From Desulfocapsaceae bacterium (GTDB lineage Bacteria > Desulfobacterota > Desulfobulbia > Desulfobulbales > Desulfocapsaceae), in NCBI GenBank assembly GCA_046706325.1, contig JBJKPM010000053.1, forward strand, positions 1,243 through 65,242: a stretch of DNA of 64,000 nt, in the 5' to 3' direction. Both the position numbers and the translations under genes were made by a program. Position 1 is the stretch's first letter; each line of letters begins with the position of its first letter. Under the pieces are notes generated by a model. It had not been told where the DNA came from, ran no database searches, and worked only from the letters and a program-made list of their open reading frames with translations. Below are positions 9,443 through 19,716 of this stretch, in pieces.

Positions 9443-11319
9443 TGCAGTCCTGATAGCTCTGTATAAAGAAGGTCGGAGTATTCCCGTATCTGTTCGGCAG
9501 AAAGAGTATAGCTTGCATAGGCCCCCTGCTCGGCGGCTGCAAAGATGGTGATCAGTCCGGAGGATGGATTGAGTCTGGCCTGGAGATCGGCCAAGGTAAT
9601 GGCCGACGGCTCCGTATGCCAATGGCTGCCGAGCACTTCCTGAATGGCACTGCGACAGACTGCTAGATACTGACGACTGTCACCTTGGCTGGCGGCCTCT
9701 TTGACCCGCACCATTTTCCGGGACAGGAGTTCACTCATATGCTTTTTGCTTTGCAGATACGGATTTTTTTCCAGGTGTCGTATCCGCATCTTCCAGATGA
9801 AGACGCTGGTGATAAGGATGACGCAAAAGGCGACCATCACAATAAACCAGCCCCTGGCGAAGAGTGGAGTGATGGCCGTCTGCAGACGGCCCAGCTCCAG
9901 ATGGATCGGGGCGAGCCCTGCTATGCCGTGGCCGCCTGGTTCGACTTGCGGTGCTGAAGCAGTTGAACCGGGCGGTGGTGATTGCGGCGGTGCCGGTTGT
10001 GCCGGTGCGGTCTTTTTGACTGTAAGCGGAATCGGCCCGCTGGTTAAGGTCACATATTTTTCTGCTGTCGGATCGAAAAAGGAGAACGAGACGGACGGAA
10101 TGTCCGTGACACTGCCGTCCTTGACGATAATGGCCTGTTCGAATTTCTTTCTGCCTCGGGTCGGATCGTCTTCCTGCTTGAATTCCGAGGATGGCGGGTA
10201 GCTCTTCCATTTCGGATCGTCCGGAAATTTCGGTGTCTCCACCCGGTCGAAATTGCCTTGACCGGAGACGATCATGTCCAAGGTGATGGGGTCGCCGACA
10301 TTCACCGTATCCGGTTTGGCCTTGACCGAGAGTTTGAACTGCCCGATGGCGCCGGAAAAATCAGGCGGTTGATTTGCCGTGGGGAGCGGCCGTGATTCTA
10401 TGGTGATGGGACGGCTTGTCATCTTTACGTTTTTACTGCGATAGCTGCCGAGGAACCCTTGAAAGAAGTTGTTCTGGAAAAAACTCTGGAAAGGATCCTG
10501 GCCGCCGAAGCCGGGGAAGGGATTGACCCGGCGTTGCGGGAGCTGCAGGGTTGCATCGAGCTCCAGCGATAACGAATGCCTCCCCTCTTTCACAGCGGAG
10601 ATTGAGGTGTTCCAGGTGAGCACCGAATATGACGTGCCGTCGACCGTTTCCACTGTCTGCGGCGGTTTCTGGCTAAGTTGCGGCATCACCAGGCCATCGC
10701 CTTTCAGGATCGGCAGAGAGTTCAGGCTGGCCTTGATGCTCTGGCGGAAATAGGCCTTTATCCGGATCGGGATCACCTCGCCTATCCAGCTTTTATCCTT
10801 TTGGACAGTGACCCGGAGAAAGGCGATCTTGTTAGCATCGCCCGCACCAAGCCTGGTTGCCGGGGAATTGCCGGGCCCGGGGTTCGGGGAGGCGCTTCCC
10901 GATCCGGTGACCTGGAAGCCGATTGCGCCGGTGGTCAGGGTGGTAGCACCTGTGGAGATGCTGATGGGTGGGATCGTATAGCTGCCAGGATGATCGGCCT
11001 GGACAATATAGGTGTAGGCAATTGAAGAAGAAACTGAGCCGTTAATGAACTGTACCCGGGTGCTTCGGCCGCGTCCTTGCACGGTGATCCCTGCAATTCG
11101 TGGCAGGTGAATATCAGCCGAGGTGCTGCCGTTGACCGTTATGGTCAAGACGGCGGTGTCGTCGACAGAGAACTGCGTCGGATGCAACGAGGCGGAAACG
11201 GTTGTTGCCGCCAGGCCCCTGGTGAAGGTAGAGGCGAGGCCTGCTCCCAGAAGAAGCAGGACAAGGAGCAGGCTCTGGACCGGTCTCCTTGCACCTCTTG
11301 AAAATCCGGGTTGCTGCAT
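9439..11319 (-). CDS. BatD-like (oxygen-tolerance family) membrane protein
   Basis: About 626 aa with a signal peptide, a long beta-rich periplasmic region, a late TM segment and a cytoplasmic tail, placed between BatB/C and BatE as in Bat operons. The start is ATG 11319 or GTG 11322, overlapping the upstream stop. Confidence 0.7.
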   Translation of the reverse strand: MQQPGFSRGARRPVQSLLLVLLLLGAGLASTFTRGLAATTVSASLHPTQFSVDDTAVLTITVNGSTSADIHLPRIAGITVQGRGRSTRVQFINGSVSSSIAYTYIVQADHPGSYTIPPISISTGATTLTTGAIGFQVTGSGSASPNPGPGNSPATRLGAGDANKIAFLRVTVQKDKSWIGEVIPIRIKAYFRQSIKASLNSLPILKGDGLVMPQLSQKPPQTVETVDGTSYSVLTWNTSISAVKEGRHSLSLELDATLQLPQRRVNPFPGFGGQDPFQSFFQNNFFQGFLGSYRSKNVKMTSRPITIESRPLPTANQPPDFSGAIGQFKLSVKAKPDTVNVGDPITLDMIVSGQGNFDRVETPKFPDDPKWKSYPPSSEFKQEDDPTRGRKKFEQAIIVKDGSVTDIPSVSFSFFDPTAEKYVTLTSGPIPLTVKKTAPAQPAPPQSPPPGSTASAPQVEPGGHGIAGLAPIHLELGRLQTAITPLFARGWFIVMVAFCVILITSVFIWKMRIRHLEKNPYLQSKKHMSELLSRKMVRVKEAASQGDSRQYLAVCRSAIQEVLGSHWHTEPSAITLADLQARLNPSSGLITIFAAAEQGAYASYTLSAEQIREYSDLLYTELSGLQ

Positions 11320-13241
11320 CACCAGTCTCTCCTCGGTTCGTTGGTACTGCCTTTTTCTCCATTGGGGACGAAGTTCAGCCTTCCTTCCTCGCCCTTCAGG
11401 CTGTCAAGAAGCTGCAAGGCATCCTCTTTGGTCATCTTTCCCTCTTTGCGCAGCTCCTTGTCCCTTGCCGTTGCCTTGGCCTGAGTTGCCGCTTCTTTTT
11501 TGGCCTTTTCGGCCTGGGCTTCGGCCTGTTTCTGTTGTGCGTCCTTCTTCGGTTCGGTTGGCTCGGGCTGCTTATTCCCGTCTCTATTTTCTTTTTTCTG
11601 CTCGGCCGAAGGCTTCTGATGTTGGTGCGACGTGATATCTTGTCCCTGCTCTTTTCGGTTTTCCTTGCCTTCTTTTTGCTCTGTATTCTTTTGCTTCTTC
11701 TCAGAATCCTGATTCTTTTGCTGTTTGTTCTGTTGTTTTTTCAACTCATCAATCTTTTTCTGTACCAGCTTTTGATTAAAAATCGAATCCTGGTCGTTAC
11801 TTTTAAGTTCGAGACTTGCTTTATAGGATTCGACGGCCTGCTGCCATTTGTCCAGGGTTTCCTGGGGATCTGTTTTCGAGGTCTCTTCCCCCTTTCTGTA
11901 GAGGGCGTCGCCCCTATTGTAATAGGCCTTTTGCTGCAGGTCCAGGTCCTTGCTTTTCAATGCATTGGTAAATGCAGTGATCGCCTGGTCAAATTTCTTG
12001 CTCTTATAGGATACGGTGCCCAAATCGTATTGGAGTTTCGGATCCTCCGGGTGCTTTTTCAACAGCTTTTCATAGACTGTCATTGCCTTTTGGTAATCAC
12101 CCGTATTGTACGCCTTTTCCCCCGTCGAGGCAGAGGCTGCGATTGGGTGCAGGAGCAGACCGAGGGAGAGGATGAGCAATAACAGTCCGCCGCCTTTTTT
12201 GTCTTTTCCGCGTCCGGAGAATTTCCAAAATACTGCGCCAAACGGCATGGATTTCCGGGTGTTGATCGTGAACTCCAGAGACAAAAGGGCGATGGCCGCC
12301 GCCAGGGGCCATTGAAACCGTTCCACAGGCACCTTGTGCCGGCGCTGGGTCAATTCTTCCTTTGGGACCAACGAGAGCTTTTCCTGATAGATGGTCTGCA
12401 GTCCCTGGCCCCTGTTTCCCAGCGGGACATAGACGCCGTTGGCAATCTTTGCAATCTGGGTAAGCATTGCCTCATCCAAATGGGAGACAACAAAATTTCC
12501 CGACGAATCCTTAACAAACTTTGTGGTCCCGCCGGAGGAAATAGGGATGATCTCTCCCTCCCGGGTGCCGACCCCCACTGTGAAGATCCGCACACCCTTT
12601 TTGGCCGCGTCCTTGGCGGCGGCAAGAACGTCTCCCTGAAGATTTTCGCCATCGGTGATCAGAATCAGGAGCTTATAGTTCGCCTCGTTGGTGAGTACGG
12701 ACTCTGCCTGCCGTATGGCTGCGCCGATATCGGTTCCGCCTTTCGGAATCATTGAGGTATTGACGGCTTTCAGGGAATTATCAAAGGCGCTGTAATCCCC
12801 GGTCAACGGACACATCAGGTAGGCGGTGCCGGCAAAGGGGAGGAGGCCGACCCGGTCGCCATCAAGCCGGCCCACAAAGTCCATGATCGCATATTTGGCC
12901 CGTTCCAGACGGTCGGGTTTAATGTCTCTGGCCAGCATGCTCTTGGAGGTGTCAACGGCAAAGAGGATATCGATTCCCTTGCGTTTGATATCTTCCCATT
13001 TGAAGCTGTATTGCGGACGGGCAAGGGCGATGAAACAGCAGAACAGGGCGAGAAGAAGGAGTATTTTCTTGGCGATCTGTCTTTTCGTTGAGACATTACG
13101 GGTCAGCTTTTCCACCAGATGGGTGGCGGCGAATTTTTCCAGAGTCGCCAACCGTCGTTTTCGCATGCCGCGGAGAAAGAACAGGGTGCCGATGCAGATG
13201 ATGAAGCCTGCAATGATCCAGAGTGGTTGCGCAAAAGTCAT
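11319..13241 (-). CDS. VWA + TPR fusion protein (BatB-BatC-like)
   Basis: N-terminus MTFAQPLW plus a TM segment. VWA domain with the MIDAS motif DILFAVDTSKSM. TPR repeats after a second TM region, then a K/Q/E-rich low-complexity tail. Confidence 0.75.
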   Translation of the reverse strand: MTFAQPLWIIAGFIICIGTLFFLRGMRKRRLATLEKFAATHLVEKLTRNVSTKRQIAKKILLLLALFCCFIALARPQYSFKWEDIKRKGIDILFAVDTSKSMLARDIKPDRLERAKYAIMDFVGRLDGDRVGLLPFAGTAYLMCPLTGDYSAFDNSLKAVNTSMIPKGGTDIGAAIRQAESVLTNEANYKLLILITDGENLQGDVLAAAKDAAKKGVRIFTVGVGTREGEIIPISSGGTTKFVKDSSGNFVVSHLDEAMLTQIAKIANGVYVPLGNRGQGLQTIYQEKLSLVPKEELTQRRHKVPVERFQWPLAAAIALLSLEFTINTRKSMPFGAVFWKFSGRGKDKKGGGLLLLILSLGLLLHPIAASASTGEKAYNTGDYQKAMTVYEKLLKKHPEDPKLQYDLGTVSYKSKKFDQAITAFTNALKSKDLDLQQKAYYNRGDALYRKGEETSKTDPQETLDKWQQAVESYKASLELKSNDQDSIFNQKLVQKKIDELKKQQNKQQKNQDSEKKQKNTEQKEGKENRKEQGQDITSHQHQKPSAEQKKENRDGNKQPEPTEPKKDAQQKQAEAQAEKAKKEAATQAKATARDKELRKEGKMTKEDALQLLDSLKGEEGRLNFVPNGEKGSTNEPRRDW

Positions 13242-13260
13242 GATTCGTCCTTGCAAGCGT

Positions 13261-14250
13261 CTAAGGGAGACGTTTATTTTCCCGCATCAGTTCCAGACCG
13301 ATCAGAAGCAGTGCAGCCAGCACCGGAATAGGGAAAAGTTCCCGGTAGTGTTCGAAATTTTTTATGGTTCTGGTGGTTGTTTCCATCCTGTTGATCTCGT
13401 TGTAGATCTCCTTGAGTGACTTTGTGTCGGTCGCTCGGAAATAGCGGGCGCCGGTCATTTGGGCGACCTTGGTCAGTGTGTCTTCATCGATGTCGACCCT
13501 GGCTCGGATCAGCCGTTTGTTCCCGAATCGGTCGACAACGGGCATCGGTGCCTCACCCCGGGTTCCGGCACCGATGGTATAGATCTTGATCTTCAGGGCC
13601 TCCGCCGCCTCGGCCGCAATCAGGGGTGGAACTGTTCCGGCATTGTTTACCCCGTCGGTGAGCAGGATCATGATACGGGATTTGGCATGCTCGTTGCGCA
13701 GACGGTTGACCCCGGCCCCGATTGCCGAACCGATGGCGGTCGCGTCGGCGTTTACCATGCCGATGGACAACGAGTCGAGCCGGTCACGGAGCCAGTCATG
13801 GTCGAGGGTCAATGGGCTGACCAGATACGGTCTGGCGGCAAAGGCGATCAGGCCTATCCGGTCGTTGGGCCGTGCGTCGATGAATTGATCGACCACTGAT
13901 TTGACCACGTCCAGGCGGTCGGCAGGGCTTCCGTTCAGCGTGAAATCCATGGCCTGCATCGAACCCGAGACATCGACCGCCAGCAGGATATCGATGCCGC
14001 TCGCCTTGATCTCGGTTGTCGAGTTCCCCTGTTGAGGACGGGCGAGGGCCACGATGAGCAGACCGACGGCCAAAAGCCTCACTGCAGAAAGGATCCGACC
14101 GGGGCGGGTCTGTCGTCCCTCAGCCAAAGCGGAGGCGATGGTGGTGGTAGAGAAGATAAGGGCGGGCGCCGGCCCTCTTCTGCCCTTGATAAAGGCCAGC
14201 AGAGGAAGCAGAACCAGGAGCCAGAGCAATTCAGGATGGACAAAACGCAT
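13261..14250 (-). CDS. VWA domain membrane protein (BatA-like)
   Basis: N-terminus MRFVHPELLWLLVLLP, MIDAS motif DILLAVDVSGSM and a C-terminal TM segment. The ATG at 14250 was chosen over the extended ORF. Confidence 0.8.
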   Translation of the reverse strand: MRFVHPELLWLLVLLPLLAFIKGRRGPAPALIFSTTTIASALAEGRQTRPGRILSAVRLLAVGLLIVALARPQQGNSTTEIKASGIDILLAVDVSGSMQAMDFTLNGSPADRLDVVKSVVDQFIDARPNDRIGLIAFAARPYLVSPLTLDHDWLRDRLDSLSIGMVNADATAIGSAIGAGVNRLRNEHAKSRIMILLTDGVNNAGTVPPLIAAEAAEALKIKIYTIGAGTRGEAPMPVVDRFGNKRLIRARVDIDEDTLTKVAQMTGARYFRATDTKSLKEIYNEINRMETTTRTIKNFEHYRELFPIPVLAALLLIGLELMRENKRLP

Positions 14251-14326
14251 TAGGATTTTCCTTTTTCGGAAGGCAAAGAGCCGCCGCCTTCCTGTTTGTT
14301 GTCCGATGGATCGGCATTCTTGTGGT

Positions 14327-15046
14327 TCATTGCCCGGCCTTTCCCTCTTTCCGGCTGATCTTTTTTTCTGAGGCCGGTTGTTGCCCGTCGACGCCCGTCT
14401 CAGGGTTTTGCCCGGTGGTCTTAATGAAGATGCGAGCCGCTGTGTCCATCTGCAGCATATCCTCAATATCGGGGGTTCCACGGGCGAATTTGGCAATATC
14501 GCACTGTTCCAGACACCTTTGCAGGTCGCCGGCATGGTTTTTTATATCCACCTCGGCAATGGTAGTCCCGTCTTTAAGCCGGGAGAAAAATTCCCGGGTG
14601 GTCTGCCGGGTGGAGCGAATTTGAAACCGGGATTCGATATACTGCCGCAGAATTTTGGAAATTCGCTCCGCGTAGAGAAGCGAATACTCCTTCGTCATCA
14701 GGTTCTTGGCACGGTCCAGCTCCGAAAGTGCGACGACATCCGGCGGTATTGCCGGAGCCTCGGGCTTTTGCCGGCGCTTCAGATAGTAGAATAATAGTGC
14801 GGCGATGATCAGAATCACGATCCCCGCGGCAACAGGACGTATGAAACGGCCGGTATCCGGGAGCGATACCGGTCCTTTTATGTCGTGGATGTCGACGATT
14901 TGTGAGTTCTTTGGGGCCTGAGTGCCGGTGGGACTCTGCATGAGCTTTAGTTGCAACGGGGCAGGATTATTACCGCATATTGCCTTCGTTCCAGGTAGCA
15001 ACAGCAGCAACATGATAAAAAGAAGACCTGTAAAAAGATACCTCAT
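14327..15046 (-). CDS. DUF4381-like membrane protein
   Basis: Signal/TM segment, a second TM (VAAGIVILIIAALLFYYL) followed by KRR, then the helical region ALSELDRA...ISKILRQYIESRF...TTREF typical of the DUF4381 protein found between DUF58 and BatA. Its ATG overlaps the DUF58 stop (ATGA). Confidence 0.6.
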   Translation of the reverse strand: MRYLFTGLLFIMLLLLLPGTKAICGNNPAPLQLKLMQSPTGTQAPKNSQIVDIHDIKGPVSLPDTGRFIRPVAAGIVILIIAALLFYYLKRRQKPEAPAIPPDVVALSELDRAKNLMTKEYSLLYAERISKILRQYIESRFQIRSTRQTTREFFSRLKDGTTIAEVDIKNHAGDLQRCLEQCDIAKFARGTPDIEDMLQMDTAARIFIKTTGQNPETGVDGQQPASEKKISRKEGKAGQ

Positions 15047-15957
15047 CGGTGCAGTCTCCTCTTCCTGGTTCCGAAAAATCCGAGAAGCGATGGGATATAG
15101 GGCCGGTCGGTTGAAAGTTCCAGCAGGTCGATGCCGGCGCTGCAGATGGTCTTCACCACGGATGCATGACGTCTGCCGGCAAGCTCAGCATAGTCGCGGC
15201 GAATAGCCGAGTCGGAGGTGTTCAGGTCAACCTGTTCGCCGTTTTCGGCGTCTTCGATGGTCAGCCAGCCGACATCAGGGAGTTCGTGCTCGCGCGGGTC
15301 GGAGACGACCATGGCGATCAGGTCGTGGAGTCTGTTACCGGTGCGAAGCTTCGGTTGCAGCCTTTCAAGAACCTGATCGAAATTGCCGGTTAGACAGAAA
15401 TCGGATATCAGGAAGACCACGGATTTTCGCTTGCAGACCCGCCCGACGAAGTCGAGCGGGATCCTGAGATCGGTCCTGCTGCCCCGGGGTTGAAAAAAGA
15501 GGATCTCCCGAATGACCCGGAGGATATGGGAACGGCCTTTTTTCGGGGGGATATAGAGTTCGACAAAGTCGGTAAAGAGGATCAGACCGACTTTGTCGTT
15601 GTTGCGTACCGCGGAAAAGGCCAGTACCGATCCCAGTTCGGCCATCATTTCTCTCTTCGAAGTGGTGGCGGAACCGAAATCGCCCGAGGCGCTGATATCG
15701 ATCAACAGGATGAGGGTCAGCTCGCGTTCCTCGGTGAATTTCTTGACATGGGCAACGCCGGTCCTGGCAGTGACGTTCCAGTCGATGGAACGGATTTCAT
15801 CTCCCGGCACGTATTCCCGGACCTCGTCGAAGTTCATGCCGCTTCCCTTGAAGACGGAATGATAATTCCCGGCCAGGCTGTCGTTGACCAGGCGGTTGGT
15901 GCGCACCTCAACCTGGCGGACCTTCTTCAGGATATCTCGGGTGAGTTGGGCTTCCAT
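15043..15957 (-). CDS. DUF58 domain protein (MoxR-associated, VWA-like)
   Basis: Conserved G..F.EVREYVPGDEIRSIDWNVTAR block, positioned immediately downstream of the MoxR ATPase. Confidence 0.85.
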   Translation of the reverse strand: MEAQLTRDILKKVRQVEVRTNRLVNDSLAGNYHSVFKGSGMNFDEVREYVPGDEIRSIDWNVTARTGVAHVKKFTEERELTLILLIDISASGDFGSATTSKREMMAELGSVLAFSAVRNNDKVGLILFTDFVELYIPPKKGRSHILRVIREILFFQPRGSRTDLRIPLDFVGRVCKRKSVVFLISDFCLTGNFDQVLERLQPKLRTGNRLHDLIAMVVSDPREHELPDVGWLTIEDAENGEQVDLNTSDSAIRRDYAELAGRRHASVVKTICSAGIDLLELSTDRPYIPSLLGFFGTRKRRLHR

Positions 15958-15962
15958 GGCGG

Positions 15963-17042
15963 TTACGGCACGGGTACGGTGTCAAGGATCTTGCGGATGA
16001 TATCCTCGCTGCTCACTGCCTCCGCCTCCGCCTCGTAGCTGATGCGCAGACGATGCCGCATCACATCGAGCGCTGCCGCCTTGACATCGTCCGGGGTCAC
16101 ATAGCCGCGTCCGGCAAGATAGGCAAGCGCCCTGGAGACCGCTTTCAGATTGATGGTCGCCCGGGGAGAGGCACCGGTCTCGATATATTCCTGGAGATCG
16201 AGCCGGAAGGCCTTGGGGTCCCGGGTGGCATAGACGAGGGAGACGATGTAATTCTTAATCTTATCGTCCATATAGATGGAGTCGACAACCCTGCGGGCGG
16301 CCAGGATATCATCAGGGCTTACCACCGGGTTCACCTGGATCTTCGTATCCGTATGGTCCATCATATCGAGGATCTGCCGTTCCTCGGCCATGCTCGGGTA
16401 CTTGACCGCCACCTTCAGCATGAACCGGTCGACCTGGGCCTCCGGCAGGGGATAGGTCCCCTCCTGCTCGATGGGATTCTGGGTGGCCAGGACCAGGAAG
16501 AGGTCCGGCAGATGGAAGCTCTGCTTGCCGATGGTGACCTGCCTCTCCTGCATCGCCTCGAGCAGGGCCGATTGGACCTTGGCCGGTGCTCTGTTGATCT
16601 CGTCGGCCAGGATCATCGAGGAGAAGATAGGTCCCTTCTTGATGATAAAGGAGGTGTTCTGGGGATTGTAGATCTCCGTGCCGATGATGTCCGCCGGCAG
16701 CATGTCCGGTGTGAACTGGATGCGCTTGAAATCCGTCTGGATCGCCGTGGCGAGCGTCTTGACCGCCAGTGTCTTGGCAAGGCCCGGCAGACCTTCAAGC
16801 AGGATATGGCCGCCGGTGAGCAGGCCGACCAGCAGGCGTTCGATCAGGTGCTGCTGACCGATGATGACCTTGGACATCTGGCTTCGGAGCAGGCCGACCC
16901 AGGCGGAGCTGAGTTTCACCTGCTCGTTGATGGCCTGGATGGAAGCGAAGACATCGCCCTCCCGTGGACCACCGCCGTGAGGCGGAGGGTGGGGAGGGTC
17001 CGCAACAATCAGGTTGTTTTGTCCATCGGATCTACTAAACAT
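15963..17042 (-). CDS. moxR: MoxR-family AAA+ ATPase
   Basis: Walker A LLEGLPGLAKT, Walker B/sensor ILADEINRAPAKVQSALLEAMQERQVT and ATQNPIEQEGTYPLPEAQVDRF. The AAGGAG RBS precedes the ATG at 17042. Confidence 0.9.
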   Translation of the reverse strand: MFSRSDGQNNLIVADPPHPPPHGGGPREGDVFASIQAINEQVKLSSAWVGLLRSQMSKVIIGQQHLIERLLVGLLTGGHILLEGLPGLAKTLAVKTLATAIQTDFKRIQFTPDMLPADIIGTEIYNPQNTSFIIKKGPIFSSMILADEINRAPAKVQSALLEAMQERQVTIGKQSFHLPDLFLVLATQNPIEQEGTYPLPEAQVDRFMLKVAVKYPSMAEERQILDMMDHTDTKIQVNPVVSPDDILAARRVVDSIYMDDKIKNYIVSLVYATRDPKAFRLDLQEYIETGASPRATINLKAVSRALAYLAGRGYVTPDDVKAAALDVMRHRLRISYEAEAEAVSSEDIIRKILDTVPVP

Positions 17043-17548
17043 GGGAACTCCTTTTGCTGGGTGGTGAACGGTTACTCGATTTTTGGGATCATGAATGATA
17101 TGGCTTCGAATATAATGTATGAACATTGCTGAAACCTTACCGCAACATTACAATGCTGTAATGATTCCCGGCAAAGGCTGCCTTTTACCGTCGGCGTCCC
17201 TGCTGTGTTTTCAATCAGAATGGTTATATTCACAAGGATAAGAAGCCCGTCATTGGATTCCCCGAAGAAATACGATATGCTTGTGGCGTCGGTCTCTAGC
17301 TTTCCGTCATGCGGAAGGCGAAGGCAACGGTCCCCATCGACCGACCTCCGGCACCGGCTGCGGCATGCTCGATCGGGAGACGGTTCTGCTTTTGTTCAGG
17401 AAAGGAACTGAAAACCGATGACCTCCTAATAACCCTTTGAGACTGCGGGGGCAACACGATAATTCAACAAGTTACAACGCAGAACAGCCGACGGAGTGGC
17501 TTTTTCCAAGGCCGACAAAACTGACGGTATACTTGTGACGAGGAAGGT

Positions 17549-17767
17549 ATGGCAAAAAAGAAGGTGAAAGAGCACCGGATCAACCGGGATTGGTGCAAGG
17601 GGTGCGGGATCTGTGTGAAGTTCTGCCCTAAAAATGTCCTGGAACTGGATGCGTCGGAAAAAGTAGTGGCAGCGCGACCGGCAGCATGCATATGCTGTAA
17701 GCTCTGCGAGCTGAGATGCCCCGATCTGGCCATCGAGGTGCTGGAAGAGGATGAAGAAAATGAATGA
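17549..17767 (+). CDS. korD: 2-oxoacid:ferredoxin oxidoreductase delta subunit (2x[4Fe-4S] ferredoxin)
   Basis: 72 aa with two CxxCxxCxxxCP motifs (CKGCGICVKFCP, CICCKLCELRCP). It is the first gene of a four-gene OFOR operon. Confidence 0.8.
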   Translation: MAKKKVKEHRINRDWCKGCGICVKFCPKNVLELDASEKVVAARPAACICCKLCELRCPDLAIEVLEEDEENE

Positions 17768-18908
17768 CAACATTCGGTTTGTTCAGGGCAACGAGGCCTG
17801 CGTTGAGGGGGCCTTGTATGCCGGGCTCGAGTTTTTCGCAGGCTATCCGATCACCCCGTCAACAGAGGTGGCCGAGCTTCTGTCCCTGCGGCTGCCGATG
17901 AAGGGCGGGAAATTCATCCAGATGGAGGATGAAATTGCCTCGATGTGTGCGATCATCGGCGCCTCGCTGACCGGCCATAAGGTGATGACCGCAACCAGTG
18001 GCCCGGGCTTTTCGTTGAAGCAGGAGGCCATCGGCTATGCCTGCATGGCCGAGATCCCGTGCGTGATCGTCAACGTCCAGCGGGGAGGGCCATCCACCGG
18101 CAATCCCACCCATGTCAGTCAGGGGGATGTCAACCAGGCCCGCTGGGGCACGCACGGCGATCATGCGATCATTGCGCTGACCGCCTCCAATCATCAGGAT
18201 GTCTTTGCGATCACCGTCGATGCCTTTAATATGGCAGAGACCTACCGGACGCCGGTGGTCCTGCTGTTCGACGAGGTGATCGGCCACATGCGGGAGAGGC
18301 TGATGGTACCGGAGACCGGGGATCTGGCGATTGTCGATCGGCTGCGGACCTCGTTGGGCAAAGGGGTCGACTATCATCCCTACCTGCCCAGAGAGGACGG
18401 ACGTCTGCCGATGTCCGACTTCGGCGGCGACCATCGCTATAACGTCACCGGCCTGTTCCATGACATGTGGGGGTTTCCGTCGAACAATCCGAAGGTGGTC
18501 AAAGACCTTCTTCATCATCTGGTCGACAAGATCGAGACCAACGTCAGTGTCATCACCCGTTATAAGGAATACTTCCTGGAGGATGCGGAATATATCCTGA
18601 TCTCCTACGGTTCTTCCGCCCGCTCGGCAATTCACCTGGCCAAGAACCGGCGGGAGAAGGGTGAGAGGATTGGGGTGCTGGAGCTTCAGACGCTGTGGCC
18701 CTTCCCGGAGGCCATGATCCGGGAAAAATGCGCCGGGGCTAAAGCGGTGGTGGTTGTCGAGATGAACATGGGACAGGTGATGCGTCAGGTGAAGGCCTGC
18801 GTTGATCGATCGGAGTCGGTTTTTCTGGCCAACCGGATTGACGGCAAGCTGATCACACCGACCAATATCAAAGGACTCCTCAGGGTGATCCAGGGGAGGG
18901 GGGTGTAA
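17751..18908 (+). CDS. korA: 2-oxoacid (likely 2-oxoglutarate):ferredoxin oxidoreductase alpha subunit
   Basis: GNEAxxEGALxAG..FFAGYPITPSTE N-terminus and a RGGPSTG block typical of KorA/PorA. Confidence 0.85.
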   Translation: MKKMNDNIRFVQGNEACVEGALYAGLEFFAGYPITPSTEVAELLSLRLPMKGGKFIQMEDEIASMCAIIGASLTGHKVMTATSGPGFSLKQEAIGYACMAEIPCVIVNVQRGGPSTGNPTHVSQGDVNQARWGTHGDHAIIALTASNHQDVFAITVDAFNMAETYRTPVVLLFDEVIGHMRERLMVPETGDLAIVDRLRTSLGKGVDYHPYLPREDGRLPMSDFGGDHRYNVTGLFHDMWGFPSNNPKVVKDLLHHLVDKIETNVSVITRYKEYFLEDAEYILISYGSSARSAIHLAKNRREKGERIGVLELQTLWPFPEAMIREKCAGAKAVVVVEMNMGQVMRQVKACVDRSESVFLANRIDGKLITPTNIKGLLRVIQGRGV

Positions 18909-18909
18909 T

Positions 18910-19716
18910 ATGCCGGTAAAAGACTATCTGCGGGAGCGTTTTTTCCCGCATATGTGGTGTCCGGGCTGTGGCCACGGTACGGTCTTGAATACCCTGCTGC
19001 GGGCCGTGGAGCAGATGGGACTCGATAAAAACGAGATCGTCATGACCTCCGGAATCGGTTGCTCGGCCCGGATCTCGGGCTACGTGGATTTCCACTCACT
19101 GCATACGCTGCACGGCCGGGCGCTGGCCTTTGCCACCGGGGTAAAGCTGTCGCGGCCGGAATTGACGCTGCTGGTGCCGATGGGCGATGGGGATGCCCTG
19201 GCCATCGGCGGCAACCATTTCATCCATGCGGCCAGGCGCAATATCGACATCACCGCCATCGTCATGAACAACCGGATCTATGGGATGACCGGCGGCCAGT
19301 TTTCGCCGCTTTCGGGACCGGACAAGAAGGCGACCACGGCGCCGTACAGGACCATCGACAACACCTTCGATGTGGTGGCCCTCTCCATTGCCGCAGGCGC
19401 CTCCTTCGTCGCCCGGACGACAACCTATCATGTGCAGGAGGCCGTTGAGATCTTCAAGAAGGCCATCAGGCATAAGGGCTTTTCCGTGGTGGAGGTCTTA
19501 ACCCAATGCCCGACCCATTACGGACGGAAGAACAGGGAAGGCGATGCGGTGGATATGCTTGCGGGCTATAAGAACACTACGGCCAAGATCGGTTCAAAAG
19601 ACTTGATCGACAACCCGTCTCTGCTCGGCCGGGGGATCTTTGTCGACAACGACAGCCCGGAATACTGTGAAGAGTATGAACGGATCATCAAAGCGGCGAT
19701 GAAGGGGGTGGCGTGA
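18910..19716 (+). CDS. korB: 2-oxoacid:ferredoxin oxidoreductase beta subunit (TPP-binding)
   Basis: WCPGCGHG N-terminal motif and a GDGDxxxIGGNH TPP-binding motif. Confidence 0.9.
   Translation: MPVKDYLRERFFPHMWCPGCGHGTVLNTLLRAVEQMGLDKNEIVMTSGIGCSARISGYVDFHSLHTLHGRALAFATGVKLSRPELTLLVPMGDGDALAIGGNHFIHAARRNIDITAIVMNNRIYGMTGGQFSPLSGPDKKATTAPYRTIDNTFDVVALSIAAGASFVARTTTYHVQEAVEIFKKAIRHKGFSVVEVLTQCPTHYGRKNREGDAVDMLAGYKNTTAKIGSKDLIDNPSLLGRGIFVDNDSPEYCEEYERIIKAAMKGVA

Noticed and set aside
17128-17141. GC-N10-CC on the plus strand, a possible minus-strand sigma-54 promoter for the moxR/bat operon
   Set aside because: The reverse complement reads CGGTAA...CAGCAA, a poor match to TGGCAC/TTGCA. It also overlaps the rejected N-terminal extension of the moxR ORF.
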